DNA of 64,000 bases from an uncultured Thermoprotei archaeon (GCA_965367815.1 CBDUKN010000002.1:32001-96000), one strand, 5' to 3'; shown: positions 29,820-40,002, counted from the stretch's first letter. Translations and numbers: made by a program. Notes: generated by a model not told the origin, from the sequence alone.

Positions 29820-30365
29820 TTAAATTCTTTGAGACATTATTATTAAAGACTCGACTATAGCTCCTAGTATAAGTGAAGCTAACGCAATAACGACTTCTTT
29901 TGCCAGAGTTTTAAGCTCACTGGTTAAGTCTAGGTTCTTTTTGAGAAGGAATTTAGCTATAATAGTGTATGTTAAAATAATGTTCTCGCTTAGCGCAATG
30001 GAATATGCTAGAAACTCGATCCAAGTATGAGGAGTGGAGAAAACATGTGCTAAAAGAAAGTCACGCGACTTATTGGAGACTATTGCTAGAGCCGACATAA
30101 CGAGACCTGTAGAATATATTGCCAAGAGGCCAAGTGCTACGCCGGCTACTGGAATAAACATCAGCAAGCATATAGAAGCATTGTTCAGAAAAATGCCTAA
30201 CATCATGTGAGGGAAGTCACTTCTGAGTATATGTTCAAATTTCTTTAAAGCCGTGTTAACTAAGAAGTTAGCATATTCTTCTGAAAGTGGAGTGTAAGCT
30301 CCTATAATAAAGACTACGATAATTACCGCTAGAGTTATGAGCATTACTATGTATCTTTTGACCAT
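29820..30365 (-). CDS. Stage II sporulation protein M-like (DUF95) membrane protein
   Basis: IFLNN, PH..IE..A and GA.VES motifs. Confidence 0.78.
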   Translation of the reverse strand: MVKRYIVMLITLAVIIVVFIIGAYTPLSEEYANFLVNTALKKFEHILRSDFPHMMLGIFLNNASICLLMFIPVAGVALGLLAIYSTGLVMSALAIVSNKSRDFLLAHVFSTPHTWIEFLAYSIALSENIILTYTIIAKFLLKKNLDLTSELKTLAKEVVIALASLILGAIVESLIIMSQRI

Positions 30366-30399
30366 ATAATGTATTTGAGAACTATTTCCTAATTAAGTT

Positions 30400-30861
30400 T
30401 TAACTGTGAGTCTCAGGCTTAATTCCTCCTCCCCGCTCGTAGTCGACAGTCCCTAAATACTCTAGCTTCAGCAGCCTCATGTTGGGCTTTGCTTTGAGCA
30501 GAAACTTCGTCAGCGCGTTAGCCGATAAGATGCCCTCAATGTAGCCCATAGTTCCCCGCTCTGCCATCCAAGTGAACTTACTGTACCCCGATAAACTCCT
30601 GTAGCGTATTTTCTTTACTTTACCTTTAGGCACAACTATCTTCATTACAACTGTCCGCGCAGGCCACTCTCCTATTTGCTCAAGACCATTTTCAGCCTCT
30701 ATTTCAATACCCTTTCTTACAACAAATGCTTTACTCAATACGTAGCGGTCAGCTATTTCTTCAGGTAAACTAGCGTAAAGCAAGTAGAGCCTCACTGTCT
30801 CAAGACTGCAGAGTCCTCCTATTCTGTAAAGAGACTTTTCTTTAAGCTCCATGACCCTCAC
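30400..30861 (-). CDS. Hypothetical protein
   Basis: 153 aa ORF filling the gap; no recognised motif. Confidence 0.55.
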   Translation of the reverse strand: MRVMELKEKSLYRIGGLCSLETVRLYLLYASLPEEIADRYVLSKAFVVRKGIEIEAENGLEQIGEWPARTVVMKIVVPKGKVKKIRYRSLSGYSKFTWMAERGTMGYIEGILSANALTKFLLKAKPNMRLLKLEYLGTVDYERGGGIKPETHS

Positions 30862-30919
30862 CCGTCGTGTGTGGGAAAGCTGTGTCCTTAAATACCTTAA
30901 AAAAGACTTATTTAAAGAT

Positions 30920-31294
30920 ATGTTTAGATGCCTAAAATGCGCTAAATGCTGCTATGAAACCGAAATGATTCTCCTAAAAAGCGATATAGCTAGACTAAAA
31001 GCACTAGGTTATGATTTAAATAAAGTAGCTATTAAGGTAAATAACTACTATCAGCTCAGAAACATCAACGGCCACTGCGTATTCCTAGACGAAAAAACAA
31101 AGCTATGCAAAATATACGAGCACAGACCTCTTGGATGCAGACTCTACCCCATCGTAATAGACATAGAAGAACTAAAAGTAACAGTAGACTCCGAGTGCCC
31201 TGCCGCATACACTGTTACAGTAGAAGACATCATAAAGAACAGAGACCTGATACTAAAGGTCTTAAACGAGCTTAGAGAAATGAATATAATTTAA
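30920..31294 (+). CDS. YkgJ-family Cys-cluster (Fe-S/Zn) protein
   Basis: CLKCAKCC...CVFL...CKIYEHRPLGCRLYP; probable start ATG 30920. Confidence 0.88.
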   Translation: MFRCLKCAKCCYETEMILLKSDIARLKALGYDLNKVAIKVNNYYQLRNINGHCVFLDEKTKLCKIYEHRPLGCRLYPIVIDIEELKVTVDSECPAAYTVTVEDIIKNRDLILKVLNELREMNII

Positions 31295-31313
31295 AGTAAA
31301 GACTAGCTCCTCA

Positions 31314-32012
31314 GTGGAAAAACGCAGACCCATTGCTTTAACCAAATACGCTTTCGAGAAAATAAGCAACATATACGATAGGCTGAGAAGAAAACCCTGG
31401 TTACCTATTCTCAAAATAGCTGAAGCCGCCTATAGACCACCTCTACTTGATGCTGGATGCGGCACTGGAAGACATACAATTCCTCTTTTAAAGAAAGGAG
31501 ACATTATTGCAGTCGATATAGCATTTAACATGGTTAAAATACTCAATACAAAAACACGAAGCAAAAATCTACATGCAGTAGTTGCTGACCTCTCTTACCT
31601 ACCTTTTCGTGAAAACAGTATAGGCACAGTAATCTGTATAGCAACTCTCCATCATCTTCCCGGACGCTATCGACTAAAGGCTTTAAAAGAATTTAAAAGA
31701 GTATTAAAGCCCAGAGGCATGGCCATAATAACAGTATGGAGCATACTACAGCGAGGCTTTATTTTCAGAGCCCTTAAACAATATGTTTTAAGTAAACTCA
31801 GATTCACTAAAACATCTTTATCATTCGGGGATCTTTACGTGACATGGAAAACTCCCCAAGGCCCCATATACCGTTTCTATCACCTATATTTCCCAGGAAA
31901 ACTTGAAAAAGAAGTAAAGAAAGCAGGCTTTCAGATTAAAAGCTCCTTTGTATACAACCCGCATAAAAAACTCTTTGAGAACTTTGGAGTAATAGCAATC
32001 AAAATCGATTAA
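31314..32012 (+). CDS. Class I SAM methyltransferase, Trm9/ALKBH8-like
   Basis: LLDAGCGTG, IATLHHL, RVLKP.G.A.ITVW, D.YVTW...YRFYHLY. Confidence 0.75.
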   Translation: MEKRRPIALTKYAFEKISNIYDRLRRKPWLPILKIAEAAYRPPLLDAGCGTGRHTIPLLKKGDIIAVDIAFNMVKILNTKTRSKNLHAVVADLSYLPFRENSIGTVICIATLHHLPGRYRLKALKEFKRVLKPRGMAIITVWSILQRGFIFRALKQYVLSKLRFTKTSLSFGDLYVTWKTPQGPIYRFYHLYFPGKLEKEVKKAGFQIKSSFVYNPHKKLFENFGVIAIKID

Positions 32013-32090
32013 CTTACCTAGTTATTTAGACTACCTTACTTGAGGTGAATAAAGAAAGCTTATATAGCTAAAAGAGATGAAGGATGTCGA

Positions 32091-32140
32091 GTGATGAGGC
32101 ACGAGCTGGCGGATTGATGACGAGAAGGTCGTCAGCCTGA
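32091..32140 (+). ncRNA. Box C/D guide sRNA
   Basis: C GTGATGA 32091-97, guide GGCACGAGCTGG, D' CGGA, C' ATGACGA 32117-23, guide GAAGGTCGTCAGC, D CTGA 32137-40; TATA-like CTTATATA about 30 nt upstream. Confidence 0.9.
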
Positions 32141-32226
32141 CCTTGGTTTAGATTCGGCATATGATTAAGCTTATATAGTATACTCTTTATTATTCACCGT
32201 CCCAAAACACCATCCCTGTTGGAGAA

Positions 32227-32640
32227 ATGACGGGGGAAAAGTTTAAGGTGGGATTACGTCTAGGGCGGCACATCGTCATCGAACTAATGGACTGCCCGCC
32301 TGAGCTACTTGACAGTATAGAGTTCTTAAAGAAGACACTGCGAGAAGCAGCTATTGCTTCTAACAGTACAGTGATTTCCGACTACTTCTATAAGTTTAAA
32401 CCGCAGGGTGTCAGCGGCTTTGTCTTGATAGCAGAGTCCCATATTTCTATTCATACTTGGCCAGAATACGGCTACGCTGCAGTAGACATCTATACTTGCG
32501 GCAACGATACAGACCCCTGGAAAGGGCTAGAAGTTTTAACCAAGAGACTAAAGCCTAAGAGGCTTTTAATTTCCGAGATAGAGAGGGGCGTTGATATGCA
32601 GAAAATCAAGGTCTGTGAGCCAGTAACAGTGACAGCTTGA
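32227..32640 (+). CDS. speH: S-adenosylmethionine decarboxylase proenzyme (arginine decarboxylase paralog not excluded)
   Basis: G.H, F.PQGVS, AESHISIHTWPE pyruvoyl cleavage site, DIYTCG. Confidence 0.88.
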   Translation: MTGEKFKVGLRLGRHIVIELMDCPPELLDSIEFLKKTLREAAIASNSTVISDYFYKFKPQGVSGFVLIAESHISIHTWPEYGYAAVDIYTCGNDTDPWKGLEVLTKRLKPKRLLISEIERGVDMQKIKVCEPVTVTA

Positions 32641-32860
32641 CTACTAGTTTTAATGAATTCTTTACTTTTAAGCAGCTCAGCTGAGATACTCGCCGCTACG
32701 CCAATGGCTCTACTTGTATTAGGGCTAAATTCTTCAATAAATATTGCTTTCGAAAAAGACTTTGCTAATTATGGTCTACTCCAGTCGATATTTTAAGTAT
32801 TTGATGAAAAAATTGAGAGTTAATTTTATATATTTTTAAGTAATCACCTTAAACGAGACC

Positions 32861-34108
32861 ATGAGCCGTGTAGGTGCTTTAAGAGGCCACATAAAATGTA
32901 TAGTCGCAGTAATAGTAGTAGCTCTTCTCTGTACTGCTGTAACCTGGTTCTACTTAGAGCAGAAGTACTCAGCGCTTTTGGCTGAAGAAAAAGCCCCGTA
33001 TAAAGCCAAGAAAATTAAGGCAGCATGGATTTTCATCGGCCCTGTAGAAGATTATGGCTGGACTTACGGCCATTATAGAGGAATGGTTTACATGAATAAG
33101 ACTTTTGACTGGCTTGAAGTAACTTACGTTGAGGCAGTTAAGGAGGCAGACTGCCTGAAGGTAATAGATAGACTCGTTTCAGAGGGCTATCAAGTAATAT
33201 TTACTACAAGCTTCGGCTACATGGATCCTACACTAGAGGCTGCTAAAAAGTATCCGAACGTGATCTTCTTCCACTGCTCTGGCTACAAGAGATACAAAAA
33301 CATGGGTACATACTTCGCCGACCTATATCAAGTATACTACTTAAACGGCCTGATAGCAGGCGCACTCACTAAGACAAACAAGATAGGCTATGTAGCTGCA
33401 CACTTAATACCGGAGGTCATTAGACACATCAATGCCTTCGCAATAGGAGTACATGAAGTAAACCCCAACGCTACTGTATATGTAATAGAAATAGGAGCTT
33501 GGTACGATCCGCCTAAAGCAAGAGAAGCCGCTAAGACTCTAATAGACGTTATTGGATGCGATGTACTGGCATTTACAGAAGACTCTCCTACAGTAGTTTC
33601 TCTGTGCGAAGAATACTATAAGGCAGGAAAACCAGTATATGTTTTCGGACACTACAGCCCTATGCTCAAGTATGGTCCTGATGTATGTGTCAGCGGCCAG
33701 CTTGTTCACTGGGAAGTAATATACCAGGACATTCTAATGAAGATCTACCTAGGAATTTATAACACAACTAACTTACAGAACGTTGACTACTGGTGGCTTC
33801 TAAAAGAAGGAGCTGTTGAGCTGGGCTGCGACTTCGGCATACCTATTAATCCTAAGTTCAAGAGTATTCTCAAGTCAAAGTATGTTGAAGACCCTATACT
33901 AGGCAAGATAAGCGTATATGACCTTGTATTCAAAAGGCTTGCACAAATGAAGGAAGAAGTGCCTACATTTGATCCATTTACAGGCCCATTGTACGACAAT
34001 CAAGGTAATTTAAGAGTAAAACCTGGCGAGAGGCTAGGCCATGATCCTCTCTGGAACATGAACTGGTTCGTTAAAAATGTAGTCGTCTGGAAGACCAGCG
34101 GCAGCTAA
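32861..34108 (+). CDS. BMP-family ABC substrate-binding protein (nucleoside/purine)
   Basis: N-terminal TM; GPVEDYGW...H, TSFGYMD, IPEVIRHINAF. Confidence 0.88.
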   Translation: MSRVGALRGHIKCIVAVIVVALLCTAVTWFYLEQKYSALLAEEKAPYKAKKIKAAWIFIGPVEDYGWTYGHYRGMVYMNKTFDWLEVTYVEAVKEADCLKVIDRLVSEGYQVIFTTSFGYMDPTLEAAKKYPNVIFFHCSGYKRYKNMGTYFADLYQVYYLNGLIAGALTKTNKIGYVAAHLIPEVIRHINAFAIGVHEVNPNATVYVIEIGAWYDPPKAREAAKTLIDVIGCDVLAFTEDSPTVVSLCEEYYKAGKPVYVFGHYSPMLKYGPDVCVSGQLVHWEVIYQDILMKIYLGIYNTTNLQNVDYWWLLKEGAVELGCDFGIPINPKFKSILKSKYVEDPILGKISVYDLVFKRLAQMKEEVPTFDPFTGPLYDNQGNLRVKPGERLGHDPLWNMNWFVKNVVVWKTSGS

Positions 34109-34175
34109 CATTTTAAGTAATTACATAAATTTTTTGAGGAATAAGTTTATATATTTTTAAGTTTTTACCTAAAAC

Positions 34176-35684
34176 GTGGATAAGTCTTATGCTGTCTTAA
34201 TGAAGGATATTACTAAGAAGTTCTCTACTGTATTGGCTAACTACAAGATAGATTTTGATTTAAAGAAAGGTGAAATTCACGCTCTCTTAGGCGAGAACGG
34301 AGCCGGCAAAACTACGTTGATGCGAATTCTCTACGGCGAACTACAGCCCGACGAGGGAGAGATCTATGTGTGGGGCCAGAAGGTTTCTTTGAGGTCTCCT
34401 AAAGATGCACTGAATCTTGGAATAAGTATGGTTCACCAGCACTTCAAGCTTGTTGACTCACTTACTGTAGCCGAGCACTTAGCGCTGTGTACTAACAGCA
34501 CTATGGTTTTCAGCAAGAGGAAAGTAGAGAGTTTAGCCAGCGAAGTTATTGAAAAGTTTTCTCTTAAAGTAGATTTAGACGCTTATATATGGCAGCTTTC
34601 GGCAGGTGAAAAACAGCGAGTAGAAATCATTAAGGCTTTAGTAAGAGGAGCGAAGATACTTATACTCGATGAGCCTACTTCTTCGCTTTCTCCAATTGAA
34701 GTAAGGGAGCTTTTCTCAATTCTGCGCAAACTTAGGGATAGAGGGTACGCTATAGTCTTTATATCACATAAGTTAAAGGAAGTACTGGAGATAAGTGATA
34801 GAATTACTGTTTTAAGAAAGGGACGAAAAGTAGCTACATTGAGTACCAGAGAAGCCGATGTACATACTTTAGCTAAGCTTATGATCGGAGACTCTTCTGT
34901 TCTGTCTAATGGAAAACGTGTTTTAGAAGAAAACTGCGGCGAAGAGCTACTTAAAGTAGAGAACCTCTATGTGGAGAACGATAGGGGCTGGCTCGCAGTT
35001 AGAGGAGTGAATTTTGCTGTGAAGAGAGGAGAAATCTTCGGAGTAGTAGGTGTAGCGGGTAACGGGCAGAAAGAGCTAGCTGAAAGTATTGCTGGACTCA
35101 GAAAACCTCTGAAAGGCGAAATATTCTTTAAGGGCGTTAGAGTAACTGAGGCTTCGCCGCGTATTTTAGCTAAAATGGGGCTAGCGTATATTCCTGAGGA
35201 AAGCGCTAGATCGGCTGTTGTACCTGAGCTTACTTTAGCCGAGAACTCTATTTTAAGATATTACTGGAGGTTCTCTGAGAAGGGAGTAATAAGGTTCCGT
35301 AAAGTAGAGAAGTGGGCTCGCAACTTGATAGAGGAATACGACATTAAGGCGCCGGGAGTTTTTGTGCCAGCTAAAGTTCTTTCAGGAGGTAACTTACAGA
35401 AACTAGTTATCGCGAGGGAACTTTCAGTGAAACCTGAACTAGTGGTCGCTGTTAACCCAACATCAGGGCTAGATATTTCTGCTTCAAGTAGAGTTAAAGA
35501 AAAGCTTCGTAGAGAGAAGAAGAGAGGGGCCGGAATACTTCTGTTCACAGAGGACCTCGATGAAGCTCTGGAACTATGCGATAGGATAGCTGTGATGTAT
35601 AAGGGGCGTTTTGCAGGCGTATTTACTTCAAGTGAAGCGGACTTCGAGACACTCGGCTTACTCATGGCCGGTGTAAAGCCATGA
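34176..35684 (+). CDS. ABC transporter ATP-binding protein (CUT2/nucleoside type, two NBDs)
   Basis: GENGAGKTT, MVHQHF, LDEPT, GVAGNGQ, LSGGNLQK. Confidence 0.92.
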   Translation: MDKSYAVLMKDITKKFSTVLANYKIDFDLKKGEIHALLGENGAGKTTLMRILYGELQPDEGEIYVWGQKVSLRSPKDALNLGISMVHQHFKLVDSLTVAEHLALCTNSTMVFSKRKVESLASEVIEKFSLKVDLDAYIWQLSAGEKQRVEIIKALVRGAKILILDEPTSSLSPIEVRELFSILRKLRDRGYAIVFISHKLKEVLEISDRITVLRKGRKVATLSTREADVHTLAKLMIGDSSVLSNGKRVLEENCGEELLKVENLYVENDRGWLAVRGVNFAVKRGEIFGVVGVAGNGQKELAESIAGLRKPLKGEIFFKGVRVTEASPRILAKMGLAYIPEESARSAVVPELTLAENSILRYYWRFSEKGVIRFRKVEKWARNLIEEYDIKAPGVFVPAKVLSGGNLQKLVIARELSVKPELVVAVNPTSGLDISASSRVKEKLRREKKRGAGILLFTEDLDEALELCDRIAVMYKGRFAGVFTSSEADFETLGLLMAGVKP

Positions 35685-36754
35685 GGCTTAAAATAGAGAA
35701 GCGCGAAGAAGTAAGCGAACTTGTTTTACTTGAAGCATCCTTCCTGTCTATTCTTTTAGCACTAGGCATAGCTAGCTTAATCATGCCTCTCTTCGGGGTA
35801 AATCCGCTTAAAGCATACCATGAGATTTTCGTGAAAACTTTGACGAGTAAGTACGGAGTAGAACACACAGTACTGAAAGCCATTCCCCTACTTCTATGTA
35901 GCTTAGGGCTTATTGTCTGCTTTAGGGCAAGTATATGGAATATAGGCGCCGAAGGACAGCTGTTACTCGGCGCTGTAGCTGCCACAGGAATAGCTCTCTA
36001 CGCAATGCCTAATGCCCCAGGCTGGATTCTAGTACCAGTAATGTTTATAGCAGGAGCTATCGCGGGAGCTTTCTGGGCCCTTATTCCAGGGCTTCTTAAA
36101 GTAAAAATGAATGTCAATGAAATAATCACAACACTTATGCTAAACTATGTTGCCGCGAAAATAGTTGAGTATCTAGTATATGGTCCCTGGAAGAGCCCTC
36201 AGGAATGGGGATTTCCTTTAACAGACATGATACCTGATCAAGCTAGACTTACGCCTATTCCGGGGACTCCTATACATGCACCAACACTGTTTCTAGCACT
36301 TTCTCTAGTAGCTTTAATGCACTTCATGTTGACTAAAACGAGCATAGGCTTTGAGCTCAAAGTGTATGGTTTTAGCGAGAAAGTAGCATTATATGCGACA
36401 GTCAGCAGAGCTAGAATAGTCTTAGTGGCAATAGCTATCAGCGGAGCTCTCGCAGGGCTGGCTGGAGTAGGAGAAATAGCTGGTGTCCACTATAGACTGA
36501 GGCTTCCCGCATCTATTTCAGGCGGATACGGGTATACTGCAATAATCGTGGCTTGGCTTGCTCGACTCAATCCCGTGGCGTGTATACTCTTCTCTATTCT
36601 GCTGGCAATACTGGCTGTGGGAGGAGACGCTATACAGATATCGCTTAAGCTCCCTGGAGGAACAATAAACTTATTCAACGGCCTTATTTTATTCACTTTA
36701 GTTATCTTAGATTTCTTCATAAAGTACCGAGTAAAGGTGGTTAAAAATGCATGA
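35681..36754 (+). CDS. ABC transporter permease (nucleoside type)
   Basis: WNIGAEGQ, NEIITTLMLNY, GYGYTAIIVAWL. Confidence 0.9.
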   Translation: MRLKIEKREEVSELVLLEASFLSILLALGIASLIMPLFGVNPLKAYHEIFVKTLTSKYGVEHTVLKAIPLLLCSLGLIVCFRASIWNIGAEGQLLLGAVAATGIALYAMPNAPGWILVPVMFIAGAIAGAFWALIPGLLKVKMNVNEIITTLMLNYVAAKIVEYLVYGPWKSPQEWGFPLTDMIPDQARLTPIPGTPIHAPTLFLALSLVALMHFMLTKTSIGFELKVYGFSEKVALYATVSRARIVLVAIAISGALAGLAGVGEIAGVHYRLRLPASISGGYGYTAIIVAWLARLNPVACILFSILLAILAVGGDAIQISLKLPGGTINLFNGLILFTLVILDFFIKYRVKVVKNA

Positions 36755-37661
36755 ATTCGAGCTCTTTCTACATGAAGCTGTAGCCGCTGGAACAGTTCTC
36801 CTCTACGCTACTTTAGGGGAAATCTTAGCTGAGAGATCTGGTGTAATAAACCTAGGTATAGAAGGCATAATGCTCCTAGGCGCTGTATCTGCTTTCGCCG
36901 TAAGCATAGCTACTGGCTCAGTTCCTTTAAGCGTATTAGTAGCTTTTGCTCTAGGCTGCTTAATAGGAATTATTCACGGAGTAGCCTGTATCAGCCTTAG
37001 AGGAAATCAGATAGTAAGCGGGCTAGCTCTAGCAATGTTCTGTGCAGGCGTCAGCAGCATTATAGGCAAAAACTATGTAGGAATACCTCCTAAAGTAGTT
37101 TTAGCTCCTATTGAAATACCTTTGCTCTCAAAAATACCTATCATAGGTTATAGCTTCTTTAATCAAAATCCGCTAGTCTACGTAGCCTACGTTACTTCAG
37201 TTCTCCTATGGCTTCTCCTCTTTAAAACTAAAGTAGGCATCGCGATAAGAGCTTGCGGAGACAACCCGAGTGCGGCTGAAGCAATGGGAATAAACGTGCA
37301 CCTATACAGGTACTTCTGCACAGTGTTGGGAGCAGGACTTGCAGCAGTAGGCGGAGCATACTTGACCCTAGCATATACTCCCTTCTGGGTTGAAGGAATT
37401 ACTGCTGGAAGAGGATGGATAGCGCTAGCTCTGGTAATACTCTCCACATGGAACCCTATTAGAGCTCTTCTAGCGTGCTACTTCTTCGGCTTCTGTGAAA
37501 TCTCCCAATATTGGCTTCAGACAATAGGACTTAACCCCTACTTGCTCGGCACTATACCATACATAGCTACAATACTGCTGATAACAGTTATTCACGTAGA
37601 AAAGCTTAGAAAAATAATAGGTGCTCCAAGTGCTCTCGGAAAACCTTATCCTGAAGATTAA
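36747..37661 (+). CDS. ABC transporter permease (nucleoside type)
   Basis: ERSGVINLGIEG, GRGWIALA, P.ALGKPY. Confidence 0.9.
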   Translation: MHEFELFLHEAVAAGTVLLYATLGEILAERSGVINLGIEGIMLLGAVSAFAVSIATGSVPLSVLVAFALGCLIGIIHGVACISLRGNQIVSGLALAMFCAGVSSIIGKNYVGIPPKVVLAPIEIPLLSKIPIIGYSFFNQNPLVYVAYVTSVLLWLLLFKTKVGIAIRACGDNPSAAEAMGINVHLYRYFCTVLGAGLAAVGGAYLTLAYTPFWVEGITAGRGWIALALVILSTWNPIRALLACYFFGFCEISQYWLQTIGLNPYLLGTIPYIATILLITVIHVEKLRKIIGAPSALGKPYPED

Positions 37662-37662
37662 A

Positions 37663-38244
37663 CTAAGCTCTCTCTGCCCAAAGATTCTTTAAAATAAGTT
37701 GCCAAAAAATACTACTCTCAATAACACCTACTCCGAGTTTCTCCGCCCACTTAATGACTCCTTTATCATTACTGACTACTACTCCTCCCAGCTCTTTAGC
37801 CAAAAGTAGTACGTCTAAATCCTCTATAGAGTCTATGATACCCTCTCTTAAAGCCTCGCGGTATTTTTCCCTAAGCTTCCTTATCTTTATCTCTTCGGGC
37901 TCTGTGCTTCTAGCAGCTTCTTCAGCTACTCTTAGCCCCTTGTTTATTCTCGCCCGCATTTCCTCTATATACTCGTAGAAAAGCCGTGCAGGCACAGTAA
38001 GCTCGAATCTACTGGGAGACTTAAATAATACAATAGCTCTGAGCAGAGTGAGCTTACTCTCATCAATGTATTTGAGCAACTCTTTAGCCGTAGACACAGG
38101 CATATAGAACTCTAAGTTTAGGTTGCTCGCCGCCTCAAGGAACATTTTCACTGCATCTGAAGTAGAGTACAGCTTTTCTCCTATAACTGGGTTAACGAAA
38201 AAACTTGTATCAAGTACTACTCTTTTAAGACTTCGCGGAAGCAC
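37663..38244 (-). CDS. RNA-free ribonuclease P (HARP, Aq_880-like PIN domain)
   Basis: VLDTS.F.NP, RINKGLRVAE, LREKYREALREGIIDSIEDLDVLLLAKEL...D.G...WA.KLG. Confidence 0.88.
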   Translation of the reverse strand: MLPRSLKRVVLDTSFFVNPVIGEKLYSTSDAVKMFLEAASNLNLEFYMPVSTAKELLKYIDESKLTLLRAIVLFKSPSRFELTVPARLFYEYIEEMRARINKGLRVAEEAARSTEPEEIKIRKLREKYREALREGIIDSIEDLDVLLLAKELGGVVVSNDKGVIKWAEKLGVGVIESSIFWQLILKNLWAERA

Positions 38245-38656
38245 TAAAGACTCCCCTAGATGTAACGAACTCCACAGTTAAGCTTTTTTCTTTCTCGATC
38301 TTAGAGCTCTTAATCTCGATTAAGCATTTGCTTTTAGGCGGAATTTCAAGCGATGTTATTTTTTTAGTTAAGAAAATTATCTGCTTATCGTTTATTATAA
38401 CGAGTATACCGTACCTAGTATTCCAGTATCCTCCGCTCTTCCAGACAGTGATTCCGTTGACTTTAATTTCGTTTATAGTTATTTTCATTGAATCTAAGTT
38501 AGCTAAGACAATAGATATTTTTGTGGGGTGCTCTCTGTAAACGGACTCTATCCTTAAGTTTTGGGGTCCCGCCAAAAGTATGTTAGCTACTACAAGATAA
38601 ATAACTATAGAGACCCCAACAGCAGCCAATGCTTTTAGTAAAAGACTTCGCTTCAC
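38225..38656 (-). CDS. Membrane-anchored hypothetical protein, pilin/Ig-like
   Basis: N-terminal TM followed by a beta-rich pattern (ITINEIKVNG...IPPK...VTSRG.F). Confidence 0.55.
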   Translation of the reverse strand: MKRSLLLKALAAVGVSIVIYLVVANILLAGPQNLRIESVYREHPTKISIVLANLDSMKITINEIKVNGITVWKSGGYWNTRYGILVIINDKQIIFLTKKITSLEIPPKSKCLIEIKSSKIEKEKSLTVEFVTSRGVFSASAKS

Positions 38657-38738
38657 ATAGATATAAAGGCTTCAGAAGTTTAAAATTCTTTCCATATTTA
38701 TCGGCAACTTTTAATACTAATTAAGAAGTAAATCACTT

Positions 38739-39794
38739 GTGAAAGAAGCTAGATATTATCGAGTACTCAAGAACAAGCTTGTTCAGTGTACTATTTGCCC
38801 TAGGAAATGTGTAATTAAGCCAAGTGAAGCTGGTTTCTGTAGAACTAGAGTAAATATGGACGGTAAACTCTACTCACTTGTCTATGGTGTAGTCTCCTCC
38901 ATAGCAATAGACCCTGTAGAGAAAAAACCTCTCTTCCACTTTTATCCAGGGAGCCCTACACTCAGCATAAGTACTGTTGGATGCACATTCCGCTGCCCAT
39001 GGTGCCAAAACTGGCATATATCGCAGGCAGATGCAACTAAAGAAGACCTGTCGATATACGACAACTACGGTCCAGAAGACATCATAGAGTATGCGCGCAG
39101 AACACAGTGTCCCTCAATCTCAATAACATACAACGAGCCTATAGTTTGGCTAGAGTACTCCATCGATGTAGCGAAACTAGCCAAAGAAAACAATATCATG
39201 ACAATATTCGTTACAAACGGCTACGCTTCAGACGAAGTCTTAGACGAAATAGCCAGTAACATACACGCAGCAAATGTCGACATAAAGTGCTTTAAAGAAG
39301 AGACCTATAGGAAATACATTAAAGGAGACTTAAAGCCAGTACTTGAGTTCACCGAATATATGAAGAAAAAGGGTGTTCACATAGAAACAACCTACTTGAT
39401 AATTCCTGGACTCAACGACAGCAACGAAGAGATAAGGCAGTACTGCAAATGGCACTACGAGCACCTAGGCCCCGAAACACCATTACACTTCAGCAGATTC
39501 TACCCACAATACAAGTACACTGAAGCACCTCCTACTCCCACAGAAACACTAGAAAGAGCCTGGAAAATAGCTAAAGAAGAAGGACTTTACTACGTCTACT
39601 TAGGCAACGTACCAGGACACAGCTACGAAAACACCTACTGCCCAGAATGCGGAAAAGAAGTAATCGGAAGATACGGCTTCTACATAACTAAATGGAATCT
39701 GGACGAACAAAATAGATGCAAGTTCTGTGGAGCAAAAATACATATTGCAGGAGAAAAGTGGAAAGAAACACCACGATACTGGTGGTTCCTTTAA
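38739..39794 (+). CDS. amrS: AmmeMemoRadiSam-system radical SAM enzyme
   Basis: C..CPR.C, DPVEKKPLFHF, GCTFRCPWCQNW, TYNEP, YVYLGNV. Confidence 0.88.
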   Translation: MKEARYYRVLKNKLVQCTICPRKCVIKPSEAGFCRTRVNMDGKLYSLVYGVVSSIAIDPVEKKPLFHFYPGSPTLSISTVGCTFRCPWCQNWHISQADATKEDLSIYDNYGPEDIIEYARRTQCPSISITYNEPIVWLEYSIDVAKLAKENNIMTIFVTNGYASDEVLDEIASNIHAANVDIKCFKEETYRKYIKGDLKPVLEFTEYMKKKGVHIETTYLIIPGLNDSNEEIRQYCKWHYEHLGPETPLHFSRFYPQYKYTEAPPTPTETLERAWKIAKEEGLYYVYLGNVPGHSYENTYCPECGKEVIGRYGFYITKWNLDEQNRCKFCGAKIHIAGEKWKETPRYWWFL

Positions 39795-39920
39795 ATTCGG
39801 CCAATCCTATGCAAAATAAAATAATGTCTCACCATGTCTGCTCTATCACTTTAGTATACCTGACTACTTAACGACCATGAAAATAGAAGTAATTAACTAA
39901 ACATATAGAGTTCGATGAGA

Positions 39921-39969
39921 TCAGTTTCCTGGAATCTCTTCATCAATCATAGGCCCATCAGGTCATCAT
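39921..39969 (-). ncRNA. Box C/D guide sRNA
   Basis: Minus strand reads ATGATGA-CCTGATGGGCCT-ATGA-ttg-ATGAAGA-GATTCCAGGAAA-CTGA. Confidence 0.88.
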
Positions 39970-40002
39970 CTAAGCAGCTTATTTCCCGCGAGGAAATATA
40001 TT

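Noticed and set aside
32195-32240. Leader hairpin CCGTC/GACGG covering the speH start codon as a possible riboswitch
   Set aside because: It is only about 5 bp of pairing and shows no recognisable aptamer.
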